A DNA stretch of 35,963 bases, from the IMG/VR virus record IMGVR_UViG_3300037423_002564, one strand, 5' to 3'. Positions 17,304 through 25,608 of the stretch are shown piece by piece; the first letter of the stretch is position 1, and each line of letters begins with the position of its first letter. The DNA is from a virus. A program made the translations under genes and the position numbers. The notes below the pieces were generated by a model. The model worked only from the letters and a program-made list of their open reading frames with translations. It did not search any database and was not told the DNA's origin.

Positions 17304-18379
17304 GGGCGTGCCTTCCGCATGAGGATCGTCGTCACGACCTCGACCAGGCGCGCGGAGACCTCCGCACGGGTCTGCATGTCGTTGCCGCGGTACAGGTAGA
17401 AGCGGGGGATCTCCTTCACGTCGCGGTAGATCCACTCCACCAGGTCGTTCTCGACCCCGAAGATGGTGCAGAGGGCGGCCTGGATGTCCAAGGGGTGCAG
17501 CAGGCAGCCGTGCTTCATGCCGCCCTGCACCTGGAGCAGCATGCCGGTGGGGCTCACCTCGACCTGCGTGATCATCTGGTCGATGACGTGCCGCACCGCC
17601 TTGTAGAAGTCGGCCTCGCGGCGGTAGATGTGGAAGTCGTCGGGCAGGACGTGCTCGAAGTCCACGTTGGTGGCGGCCTTGACCATCTGGATCACGGCCA
17701 GGCGCTCCAGGGGCACGAGGTGAGCGAGCAACTCGGTGACGCGGCCGGTGACGACGGCGAGCCCGAGCTTGTCGTGGTACATCGCCACGATCGTGTCCCG
17801 AATGTGCTCGACCAGCGGCTTGTCGGCCACGGTAAGCTGAATGCCGTGCTTCGACAGGCTGAACATGCCCTCCAGCCAGCGCGGGTTGCTGGAGCGCAGG
17901 TTGACCACCGGCGCGGCCTTGCGGAGCACCTGGCCGATCTTGGGGCTGTAGGCGCTCACGGCGACCACGCCCGGGTAGCGGCAGACCAGCAGCTCGTCGT
18001 CGGTGACGACGATCGCCGGCAGGTCCTCCTTCAGGCGCCCGATGCCGAAGATGCCGGAGACCCGGCTGGGCCGCTGGCCCTTGGCGGGCAGCACCGTGCG
18101 CCGGCGCGGGTCGAGCGAGCCATCGTCGCGGTAGCCGGCCACCACCAGGTGGCTCATGTTCTTGTTGTCGAAGTCGAAGTAGTACGGGAAGACCACGCCC
18201 GTGGTGTCCGGCAGCGCCTTCCAGAACACCTCCTGGGCGTCCTCGCGGAAGTAGGCCATCGACGGATACCAGCCGAGCTTCAGCGCGTCGGCGTGGGGGT
18301 AGAGGGTGAAGTTCTCGGGGACCGCTTCCTTGGCCGCCTCGACCGCGCGGCGATGCAGCCCCTGCACCGAGCGGATCAA
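17300..18379 (-). CDS. degenerate DnaG-primase-like protein
   Basis: LKLGWYP, GVVFPYY and IFGIGRL..AIVVTDDELL..GVVAVS follow DnaG core motif order but lack EG..D and DxD; TTG start overlaps the upstream stop. Confidence 0.5.
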   Translation of the reverse strand: MIRSVQGLHRRAVEAAKEAVPENFTLYPHADALKLGWYPSMAYFREDAQEVFWKALPDTTGVVFPYYFDFDNKNMSHLVVAGYRDDGSLDPRRRTVLPAKGQRPSRVSGIFGIGRLKEDLPAIVVTDDELLVCRYPGVVAVSAYSPKIGQVLRKAAPVVNLRSSNPRWLEGMFSLSKHGIQLTVADKPLVEHIRDTIVAMYHDKLGLAVVTGRVTELLAHLVPLERLAVIQMVKAATNVDFEHVLPDDFHIYRREADFYKAVRHVIDQMITQVEVSPTGMLLQVQGGMKHGCLLHPLDIQAALCTIFGVENDLVEWIYRDVKEIPRFYLYRGNDMQTRAEVSARLVEVVTTILMRKARP

Positions 18380-18774
18380 AGCTGATACCTCACGTCCACC
18401 GGGCTCTTGCCGGACTCCAGCTTGCGCTTGGCATCCATGAGGTAGCTGTAGCGGTGGGCGGCCTCCATGGTCATGCCCACCATGCCGCCCAGCACGGCGC
18501 CGGTGAGGCCGGGGTGCGGGCCCACATGGTTCGCCACGCTCTTGGCGATCGCCGCGCCCAGGGCCGCGCTGCCGTAGATGCCGGGGTGGAAGGTCGAGAT
18601 GAAGGGGTGCTTCATCTGGTAGTCCTGCTCCAGCTTGTGGTTGGCGAAGTGGCCGCCGGGCGTCTGGACCTCGCCAATCCACTCGAACTCGGCCAGCTTC
18701 CGCAGCCCTTGGGCCGCGGCCTTCATCACGATGGCCGTGGTGAACGACTGCTCGAACGCTTCGCGTGGATCCAT
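18376..18774 (-). CDS. small Gly-rich hydrophobic protein with KAA/KLA motifs
   Basis: GAGG RBS; GSAALGAAIA and GAVLGGMVG glycine-zipper-like segments. Confidence 0.7.
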   Translation of the reverse strand: MDPREAFEQSFTTAIVMKAAAQGLRKLAEFEWIGEVQTPGGHFANHKLEQDYQMKHPFISTFHPGIYGSAALGAAIAKSVANHVGPHPGLTGAVLGGMVGMTMEAAHRYSYLMDAKRKLESGKSPVDVRYQL

Positions 18775-18783
18775 GCGTGCCTC

Positions 18784-18834
18784 TATAATGTGTTGGGTAG
18801 GTTGGTCCTACCGTTCTACCACATGCCTATTATA
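18784..18834. promoter_or_regulatory. face-to-face promoters enclosing a double copy of the 17-bp motif
   Basis: TATAAT + at 18784-18789, TATAAT - at 18829-18834; GGT-AGGTT-GGT-CCT-ACC-GTTCT-ACC at 18796-18820. Confidence 0.75.
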
Positions 18835-18848
18835 GGGCGAGGACTTCC

Positions 18849-19268
18849 ATGGAAGACGGGCGCACGGCGGACTACGACCTGACCATCACCATCGAGGCGA
18901 CGGAGCCGCGGGTGTGGAAGCTCTTGGGTCGAGACGCGCACGGCACGCTCGCCTTGGACCGCATCACCCTGGGGCAGGTCGACCACACCGCCGAGGCGGC
19001 GACGCAGGCCCACGCTTACGCGTGCCTCGACGCCCTGAACGCGGCGCGCGAGCTGGGCGCCAAAAGCGTCTGCATCCTCACCCCCAGCGAGCGGGTGCGG
19101 GACCAGCTCAACCGCCGGCTGAAGGTGAACCAGCCGGCGCTCGCCAACGCTTACGACCGGTTCTGGCGCCTGGCCCAGAACTTCGGGCTGGTCCACGTCG
19201 GGCCGGCCACCGCCGCCAGCACCCACCCCGCCGCCCGCGAGCATGACGCCGCGGTGCTCGATCCATAG
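18849..19268 (+). CDS. RNase HI-like fold protein, probably catalytically inactive
   Basis: ACLDALNAARELGAKSVCILTPSERVRDQL..LKVNQPAL..LAQNF matches the RNase HI-like core, but the acidic catalytic residues are replaced. Confidence 0.65.
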   Translation: MEDGRTADYDLTITIEATEPRVWKLLGRDAHGTLALDRITLGQVDHTAEAATQAHAYACLDALNAARELGAKSVCILTPSERVRDQLNRRLKVNQPALANAYDRFWRLAQNFGLVHVGPATAASTHPAAREHDAAVLDP

Positions 19269-19278
19269 GAGGCCCCGC

Positions 19279-19689
19279 ATGGGCGACAAGGTCACGATCA
19301 TCAGCAAGGGACGCTTCAACGACACCGTCGTGGAGCTGGGCGCCGTGGGCACCCAGGAAGGCGCCTACACCGTCCCCGGCGGCGACCTCCAGAAGGTGCA
19401 GGTCTACTGGGAGCCCGGCTGCGACCAGGTGGCCTGCGAGGTGAAGTTCGTCCACGAGGGCCGCATCAAGCGCTGGAGCGGCGTCAACGAGGACGACGAC
19501 TTCGTCTTCGAGCTGAACGCCACGGACGAGAATGGCACGGCCTACGTGGTGCGGGCCGGCAAGAGCAGCATCGACCTGTGGGTCAACGGCGCCAAGGCGT
19601 TCGCCGACTGCCCCAAGGTCGTGGAGATCGTCGCGGACGGCTGGGCCATCCAGCTCAACCGCTACTTCGACATGAAGAAGGAGGGCTAG
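19279..19689 (+). CDS. hypothetical beta-rich protein
   Basis: AGGAGG RBS before ATG 19279. Confidence 0.7.
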   Translation: MGDKVTIISKGRFNDTVVELGAVGTQEGAYTVPGGDLQKVQVYWEPGCDQVACEVKFVHEGRIKRWSGVNEDDDFVFELNATDENGTAYVVRAGKSSIDLWVNGAKAFADCPKVVEIVADGWAIQLNRYFDMKKEG

Positions 19690-19692
19690 GCC

Positions 19693-20406
19693 ATGGGCCG
19701 TATTCTCGACATCTCGGGCAAGATGCCCAACTCGGACAAGCTCTGGTACGGCGTCCGCGAGGCCGTCTGGCAGGGCACCCGCCTGGAGTTCCGCTGGGTG
19801 AACCACCAGGTCAACGAAGACACGCCCACCAACGGCATCGGCACCTGCTTGCACTGGACCGCCGACCGCCGGACGGTCATCTACAACGACTACATGGTGA
19901 ACTGCATCCTGGGCGCGGACGGCAAGCCGTACCTGGTGAAGACCGTGCGCTGGGACCAGCGCCAGGCGCACCTCTGGAAGCGCAACAGCCTGATTGACGG
20001 CTGGACGATCTGCGCCGACCCCACCGTGCCCGGCCGCGAGCCCACCAAGGAGATGGTGGAGCTGCTCGCGCAGTGGAACGCGGAGTACTGCAAGTGGAAG
20101 CACATCGACCCGCGCGCCCAGATCACGGTGCCCGAGATGGCCTGCGACGCCCAGGCCGAGAACGCCTGGTACACCGGCAAGGACATCCAGGTGCCCAGCG
20201 TCTTCCACCACTCGGGCTACGCCAAGCGTGACGGCTACGCCTCGTTCCGCTGGGACTGCGACTGGGTCCTGCCCGGCACGGGCGGCAAGACGGTCTTCCA
20301 GTACTACGTCGAGCGCACGCTGGCGATCTACGACGAGCTGGGCGGCAAGCCCATGCCCGACGGCACGCACCGCCAGTTCGAGTTCGTGGAGGCGCTGAAG
20401 ACCTAA
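19693..20406 (+). CDS. N-acetylmuramoyl-L-alanine amidase-like protein (candidate endolysin)
   Basis: CLHWTA, ILGADG, AHLWKRNS, PTKEMVE, VFHH and DGY..RWDC follow the Amidase_2 motif order. Confidence 0.7.
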   Translation: MGRILDISGKMPNSDKLWYGVREAVWQGTRLEFRWVNHQVNEDTPTNGIGTCLHWTADRRTVIYNDYMVNCILGADGKPYLVKTVRWDQRQAHLWKRNSLIDGWTICADPTVPGREPTKEMVELLAQWNAEYCKWKHIDPRAQITVPEMACDAQAENAWYTGKDIQVPSVFHHSGYAKRDGYASFRWDCDWVLPGTGGKTVFQYYVERTLAIYDELGGKPMPDGTHRQFEFVEALKT

Positions 20407-20555
20407 TGCAGAAGACCGGCCGGCTGGCCTGCCCCGCCTGCGGGTCGGGCAACTGCCACGAGAACCCCACCAAGGAGGCGAACGGCCAGGGCGAGACCCA
20501 GGCCGTTCACCACGACGCTCGCTGTCTCGATTGTGGAGAGAAATGGAAATGTTGA
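20406..20555 (+). CDS. 49-aa zinc-ribbon protein (not in the ORF track)
   Basis: My translation: MQKTGRLACPACGSGNCHENPTKEANGQGETQAVHHDARCLDCGEKWKC; TAATG coupling upstream and overlap with the next ATG. Confidence 0.75.
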   Translation: MQKTGRLACPACGSGNCHENPTKEANGQGETQAVHHDARCLDCGEKWKC

Positions 20556-21151
20556 TACATTTGATGGTCGCCATCGCCTGCATGATGGCCTGGTTCGCCC
20601 CTCCCGCGGCCTCCGCATCCGTGGTTTGGATGCCCGTGATCACGCACGGCGGGCGGCCGAGCGCCACGCCCACGCCGACCCCCCTGCCGGACCTCTTGCC
20701 CCCGCCCGGGGTCGTCGACGCCTACTGCTACGCCGTCCACGACGGGGATACCATAACGTGTAAGACCCCGACCGGCATGCAGAAGGTGCGGCTCTTGGGC
20801 ATCGACGCGCCGGAGCTGAAGCAACTCCCGTGGGGCCCCAAGGCCCAGGCCGCGCTCCAGGCGCTGGTCTACCTGCACAACGTGCGGCTCGACACCGCCG
20901 GCAACGCGCACCCGCTCGACCTCTACGGCCGCACGCTGGCCTACGTCTACGTGGACGGGACCTGGGTGCAGGAGAAGCTCGTGACCCAGGGCCTCGCCAT
21001 GGCGAAGACCTACGGCAAGGCGCCCCGGGACTACGCGCAGCTCGACGTGCTGATGCGCCAGGCCAAGAACCTGCATGTGGGCATCTGGAGCGACCCCGCC
21101 TTCGTGCTGCCCTCGGACTACCGCAAGCAGCACGGCATCGGCAAGCACTAG
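20549..21151 (+). CDS. thermonuclease (SNase-like) with signal peptide
   Basis: VHDGDTI, VRLLGIDAPE, DLYGRTLAYVY, GLA, GIWS; hydrophobic N-terminus and Pro/Thr linker. Confidence 0.9.
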   Translation: MLIHLMVAIACMMAWFAPPAASASVVWMPVITHGGRPSATPTPTPLPDLLPPPGVVDAYCYAVHDGDTITCKTPTGMQKVRLLGIDAPELKQLPWGPKAQAALQALVYLHNVRLDTAGNAHPLDLYGRTLAYVYVDGTWVQEKLVTQGLAMAKTYGKAPRDYAQLDVLMRQAKNLHVGIWSDPAFVLPSDYRKQHGIGKH

Positions 21152-22737
21152 ATGTAGAGCTTGCGCTCGCGCAAGAGGTACAACAGGATGTTCGCGTAGA
21201 CGGCCGTGTGCGTGAAGTCGTCCGCAATGTCGGGCGGGTGATCGTACTTGAACTTGTCGTTGAAGTTCCGGTCGTCGAGCGGCTCCATGAAGATGCACAA
21301 GATGTCCTTGGCGTAGTGCTGGAAGATGCTCCAGTCGGGGAACCAGTAGCGCTTCTGCTTCATGAGCAGGAACGACTCGGACATGGCCTGGGTGCGGTTG
21401 ACCTTGTAGACGTGCGAGTCCTTGTCGTACTTGGCGATCTCGCTCTGCTCCGACACGTACATGAACTTGTGGACGCGCTGGCCCACCTTCTGCTCCAGGC
21501 TCACGCCCTGCACGATGCCGGCGCCCCAGTCCGCCCCGATGAGCTGCACGTTCCAGACCTTGATCCAGTGCGCGATCTGGTCGATCTGCTTGAGCAGGTC
21601 GTTGTGCATGAAGCGGTAGCAGAACAGCAGCTTGATGCGGTTCTCCGCCACGCCCCAGATGCTCAAGATGGTGAAGGACTTGCGCGCCGTGAGGCCCCAG
21701 TCGATGGTCGCCATGATGAGCGGGAAGCGCTCCTTCTGCGGGTTGTAGTAGTCGGCGAACTCGTAACCCGTCTCGCAGCAGGCGCGCAGGTCGTCCTCGC
21801 TCAAGAACTCGATGCCGGAGCCCGCGGCCTGGCCCATGACCTCGTTGGCGAAGCGGATCTGGTCCATGTTGTGCCGCTTGTGGACGATCTCGGACCACTT
21901 CTCCGGGTCCTCGGTGTGCAGGGGCAGGATGATCTGCGGGATGCGGAAGCCCAGCCACTTCTTGTCCACGGCGTTCATCGCCATCCAGTAGCCGTTGCGC
22001 ACGTCGCAGACGGACTTGCACTTCTTGCAGGTGAAGCCGTCGCGCTGGATGTTGTCGACGTCGGGCAGGTTGTGGTGGCCGCTGGGGCAGACCACGATCC
22101 ACTCGCAGGCCGTGGAGTCGCGGAAAGTGGCTTCGAGGACGTTGCCCACGGTCTTGGCGGTGCCCGTGCGCATGATCGCCTGGCGGTCGCTGCTCTGGCC
22201 GGAGAGCGACTCCTCGACGATGTCGAGGTCCTCGCCGTTCATGTCCTGGACCTCGTCCTCGATGATGCGGTTGCCGGACAGGCCGCGCAAGCTCTCGATC
22301 TGCGAGAGGGCGCCGAAGAACATGGTCGACCCGTTGGCGAAGCTGCGCTCGAAGGTGTTGCGCTTGCAGCTCGCGTTCATGAACCACTTGCGGATGATCT
22401 CGCTCTCCGAGATCACCTTGGCGACGCGCTGGTTGCTGAAGCGGCGCATCTGCATGACCGAGGGCAATACCGCGATCGCATCCCAGTGGCTCTCGCCGAT
22501 GCACTCGGCCGTGATGAAGTTGGCGGCCGTGGTGGACTTCGCGACCTGGCGCCCCGAGCAGATGACGAGGTGCTTGACCGTGGCGCGATAGATGTCGTGG
22601 AACGGGATGTAGTCTTCGAGCGAGAACTCCCGGCCCTTGAGCGTGAAGCAGCTCTCCGTGATCGTCTTGCGGTCGCTCCAGATGACCTGGCGACCGCGGC
22701 TGTCGACGGTGACGAGCGGCCCTTGTGGCTGGACCAA
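21148..22737 (-). CDS. terL: terminase large subunit
   Basis: SGRQVAKST (Walker A-like), IIEDEVQD (Walker B), RTGTAKT, zinc-binding CPSGHH..CKKC, nuclease IDWG and DDFTH; GGGAGG RBS then TTG at 22737. Confidence 0.9.
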   Translation of the reverse strand: MVQPQGPLVTVDSRGRQVIWSDRKTITESCFTLKGREFSLEDYIPFHDIYRATVKHLVICSGRQVAKSTTAANFITAECIGESHWDAIAVLPSVMQMRRFSNQRVAKVISESEIIRKWFMNASCKRNTFERSFANGSTMFFGALSQIESLRGLSGNRIIEDEVQDMNGEDLDIVEESLSGQSSDRQAIMRTGTAKTVGNVLEATFRDSTACEWIVVCPSGHHNLPDVDNIQRDGFTCKKCKSVCDVRNGYWMAMNAVDKKWLGFRIPQIILPLHTEDPEKWSEIVHKRHNMDQIRFANEVMGQAAGSGIEFLSEDDLRACCETGYEFADYYNPQKERFPLIMATIDWGLTARKSFTILSIWGVAENRIKLLFCYRFMHNDLLKQIDQIAHWIKVWNVQLIGADWGAGIVQGVSLEQKVGQRVHKFMYVSEQSEIAKYDKDSHVYKVNRTQAMSESFLLMKQKRYWFPDWSIFQHYAKDILCIFMEPLDDRNFNDKFKYDHPPDIADDFTHTAVYANILLYLLRERKLYI

Positions 22738-22760
22738 GCGTTCCTCCCGTGCTAGGGTTG

Positions 22761-22785
22761 GGTAGGTCGGTACTACCAATCTACC
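22761..22785. promoter_or_regulatory. double (dyad) copy of the 17-bp motif between divergent genes
   Basis: GGT-AGGTC-GGT-ACT-ACC-AATCT-ACC gives one perfect copy on each strand. Confidence 0.75.
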
Positions 22786-22802
22786 ACGAGAGGAGTTCCC
22801 AC

Positions 22803-23189
22803 ATGAGTCTTAATAGCGACGGTTTCCAGCTCCCAGTGGACGAGGACGATGACCTCGGTCACATCCCCTACTGCAAGCGAGAAGGGCTCGTCATCGCCAA
22901 CGAGATGATCCCCTGGCTGCAAGTCGAAGAGTTCCGGGCCACGAGCAAGGAAGACCTGCTCGTCGTCTTCAAGGAAGTCGACGGCGTCACGCGCGAGCCG
23001 GTGGAGCTGACGATCGCGGAGAAGTCGGCCCACATCCTGCTGTCCCTGCCGCACATGATCGCCACCTGGCTGTGCCAGAGCAACCTGGCGGAGCTGGACG
23101 AGAAGCGCGAGAACGTGCTCAACGGTCCGAAGTTCAACTTCAAGAAGATCGCGAAGTCGTCCAAGGAAGCCTACGCGGTGGGGGGCTAG
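22803..23189 (+). CDS. hypothetical acidic protein
   Basis: GAGGAG RBS before ATG 22803. Confidence 0.7.
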   Translation: MSLNSDGFQLPVDEDDDLGHIPYCKREGLVIANEMIPWLQVEEFRATSKEDLLVVFKEVDGVTREPVELTIAEKSAHILLSLPHMIATWLCQSNLAELDEKRENVLNGPKFNFKKIAKSSKEAYAVGG

Positions 23190-23220
23190 TCCCTCCCCCA
23201 GACCCGGCCCCACGGATCCA

Positions 23221-23249
23221 TATAATAGGCGTGGTAGTACCGACCTTCC
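23221..23249 (+). promoter_or_regulatory. -10 box TATAAT plus 17-bp motif copy at the head-module start
   Basis: atccaTATAATagg (23221-23226) then GGTAGTACCGACCTTCC (23233-23249, one mismatch). Confidence 0.75.
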
Positions 23250-23280
23250 TACCCGCACCCAGGGGGCCAAGGAATAGCCG

Positions 23281-24045
23281 ATGAACATCAAGCCGTGGCT
23301 GGAAGCAGAGGCCGACCGGATCGTGGACACCTTCCGCAAGGAGGGTGGCGACATCAACGACCTCATCGCCAAGCACGCCGCCAGCAAGCAGATCGAGGGC
23401 GAGCGGGTTCATAGCCTCGTGTGGCTCGTGAACCGCCACTCCTTCAAGCTTGCCAAGCAGCAGGACGGCCAGGACGAGTTCGAGATCGCCAACCCCGACG
23501 ACGTCGAGCTGCGCCTGCGCCGCCTGCGCACCACCAAGAGCGCCTCCGCCGCCCCGGCCTACGTGCGCCCGGGCGTGATCGACGCCGACCCGATGCTGGG
23601 CGGCCAGGCGCTGGCTGGCGGCCTCGTCGCCAACAACGGCCATGTGGTCCACCTCCAGAAGCTGGCAAGCCGCCGCCAGGAGCTGACGCGGGACATCCGC
23701 ATCGCCCGGGGCCGCGTGACCGCGGGGCTCTACCGCGCCGCGATGCTGGCCGAGAGCATCAAGCGGGCCGGCCTGCTCGACAGCCAGACCTTCCAGGCCG
23801 AGCACGAGAAGCTCGCCACCAGCGAGCGCGCCGTGATCGACGCCGTCTTCTGCCATGTGAAGGCCGCGCGCGTGCCCGCCCCCTCCCGTGCCTACGTGGA
23901 GCGCGCGCTCGCGGACTACCGCGAGCTGGTGAAGATCGCTGGCGAGGTCCGCACCGCCCAGCGCGACGAGGCCGAAGCCAAGGACCGCGTGGAGACGGTC
24001 GATGCCGTCACGGGCCGCATCCGCGGCCAAGCCCAGGAGGCGTAG
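23281..24045 (+). CDS. K-x-A-rich helical protein (putative head assembly/internal protein)
   Basis: 8 of 13 lysines are in K-x-A; first gene of the head module. Confidence 0.7.
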   Translation: MNIKPWLEAEADRIVDTFRKEGGDINDLIAKHAASKQIEGERVHSLVWLVNRHSFKLAKQQDGQDEFEIANPDDVELRLRRLRTTKSASAAPAYVRPGVIDADPMLGGQALAGGLVANNGHVVHLQKLASRRQELTRDIRIARGRVTAGLYRAAMLAESIKRAGLLDSQTFQAEHEKLATSERAVIDAVFCHVKAARVPAPSRAYVERALADYRELVKIAGEVRTAQRDEAEAKDRVETVDAVTGRIRGQAQEA

Positions 24046-24636
24046 ATGAACTCCGAGACCCTGATGGCGGGTGGCACCGCGCTCGCGAAGGCCGCGGCGG
24101 CCCCCATGACGTTCGGCCAGCACGCCGGGCGCGAGCTGCTCGGCTTCGGCCTGGGCGTGGCCCGCGACCTCCTGCGCGAGCGGCACGCCCAGCAGCTCGC
24201 CCTGAAGAACGCGCCCGCGGCCGTGAACCCCATCCGCGGGTTGCTGACCAACGCCGGCACCCTGGCGGCCGGCACCGGCGCCGTGATGGCGGTGGGCGCG
24301 GCGGTCGACTCCTACCAGATCGACCAGTCCTACAAGAAGATGTTGACGCTCTACCCGGAGCTGGCGCGCGAAGACCCCAACAAGGTCAAGAACATCTTCG
24401 ATGCCGTCACCGCCGGCTCCCCCGACCTCGCGAAGCAGCCGGTCATCGTGGGCAGCCTGGTGCGCCGCATGCTGAACTTCGACGGCTTCGACCACACCAC
24501 CTTCAACGACCTCGTGTCGGCCCAGTCCTCGATCAACAAGAGCCGCTCCGGCGCGGCCCAGCAGATCATCGGCGTCGGCACCGCCGGGCTCAACATCATG
24601 CACAACTACGGCATCAACGCTCCGCCTCGGCGGTAG
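24046..24636 (+). CDS. Gly/Ala-rich hydrophobic protein (putative internal/ejected protein)
   Basis: AGGAGG RBS; AGTLAAGTGAVMAVGAAV hydrophobic segment. Confidence 0.7.
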   Translation: MNSETLMAGGTALAKAAAAPMTFGQHAGRELLGFGLGVARDLLRERHAQQLALKNAPAAVNPIRGLLTNAGTLAAGTGAVMAVGAAVDSYQIDQSYKKMLTLYPELAREDPNKVKNIFDAVTAGSPDLAKQPVIVGSLVRRMLNFDGFDHTTFNDLVSAQSSINKSRSGAAQQIIGVGTAGLNIMHNYGINAPPRR

Positions 24637-24673
24637 TCCACGTCATTGGCAACGCAGGCTCGCCGGCGGACCC

Positions 24674-24679
24674 TATAAT
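24674..24679 (+). promoter_or_regulatory. -10 box TATAAT
   Basis: gacccTATAATagg upstream of 24722. Confidence 0.7.
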
Positions 24680-24721
24680 AGGGGCAGCGGTCGACCGACA
24701 AGCACAGGAGGAACTTTCCCC

Positions 24722-25537
24722 ATGACCACTCCATTCGACGTCTGGATGGACTCCATGAACAAGCAGGCTGTGGACGCGCTCGTCCCCGGTCAGGTGGGCA
24801 CCGGCGTGCCCAACCCGGGCACCATCCCCTCGGGCGCTCCCGGTTCGCTGGATTCCGACCCCGCCGGCGCGAGCAACACGGACCTGGCGCTCCAGCGCTT
24901 CGCCCAGGGCTCCGTGCCCGTCCTGTCCGCCACCGATGCGGACGGCGGCATGGGCTACAGCCACCCCGCCCCCGGCACCAGCTCCAACATCCAGATGTTC
25001 GCGGACGTCAAGGCCGCCGCCATCATCCAGGAAGGCCAGGCGTTCGCCGACCAGGTCTACCTGGAGATGAAGCAGGCCAACGTGGCGAACATCGCCCAGA
25101 AGGTCCGCGGCGTCGCCCAGGACGTCAGCGCTGCCGCTCACCGGATGACCGGTGGTCGCGTCGGCGTCGGCCAGGCCCCGGTCGCCGAGCCCCAGGGCGC
25201 GATGGCCGCCCTGACCCAGGGCGTCAAGGACAAGGCCCAGCAGGCCGCCGCCACCGCCCAGGCGGGCGTGCAGCGCGTCGGTCAGCAGGCCCAGGAGGCC
25301 GTCGGCAAGGCGCAGCAGTACGTCCAGCAGGGCGCGCAGAACGCGGCTCGCCGTGGCGCCGAGGAAGCGGCCAACCACCCCTACATGGCGGCCGGCATCG
25401 GCGGCGCGGCCGTGGCGGGCGCGGGTGCGGCCGGCTACGCGGCGGGCTCCAACAAGCAGGCGTCCGAGGACCGCATCAACCAGGCGGCGCTCGCGGGCCA
25501 GGCTTACGCGATGCGCCTGCTCCAGGGCCAGGCGTAG
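24722..25537 (+). CDS. Ala/Gln/Gly-rich protein with repeated KQA (putative internal head protein)
   Basis: AGGAGG RBS; three KQA motifs; hydrophobic AAGIGGAAVAGAGAAGYAAG. Confidence 0.7.
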   Translation: MTTPFDVWMDSMNKQAVDALVPGQVGTGVPNPGTIPSGAPGSLDSDPAGASNTDLALQRFAQGSVPVLSATDADGGMGYSHPAPGTSSNIQMFADVKAAAIIQEGQAFADQVYLEMKQANVANIAQKVRGVAQDVSAAAHRMTGGRVGVGQAPVAEPQGAMAALTQGVKDKAQQAAATAQAGVQRVGQQAQEAVGKAQQYVQQGAQNAARRGAEEAANHPYMAAGIGGAAVAGAGAAGYAAGSNKQASEDRINQAALAGQAYAMRLLQGQA

Positions 25538-25553
25538 GCCGGACCAACCGACC
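25537..25553 (+). promoter_or_regulatory. 17-bp motif copy GGCCGGACCAACCGACC (one mismatch)
   Basis: Starts at the stop codon of the upstream gene. Confidence 0.55.
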
Positions 25554-25608
25554 GACGTACCGGGTGGCGGGTGAGGGAACTCGCCCGCCACCTTTGCTAG
25601 GACACGCG

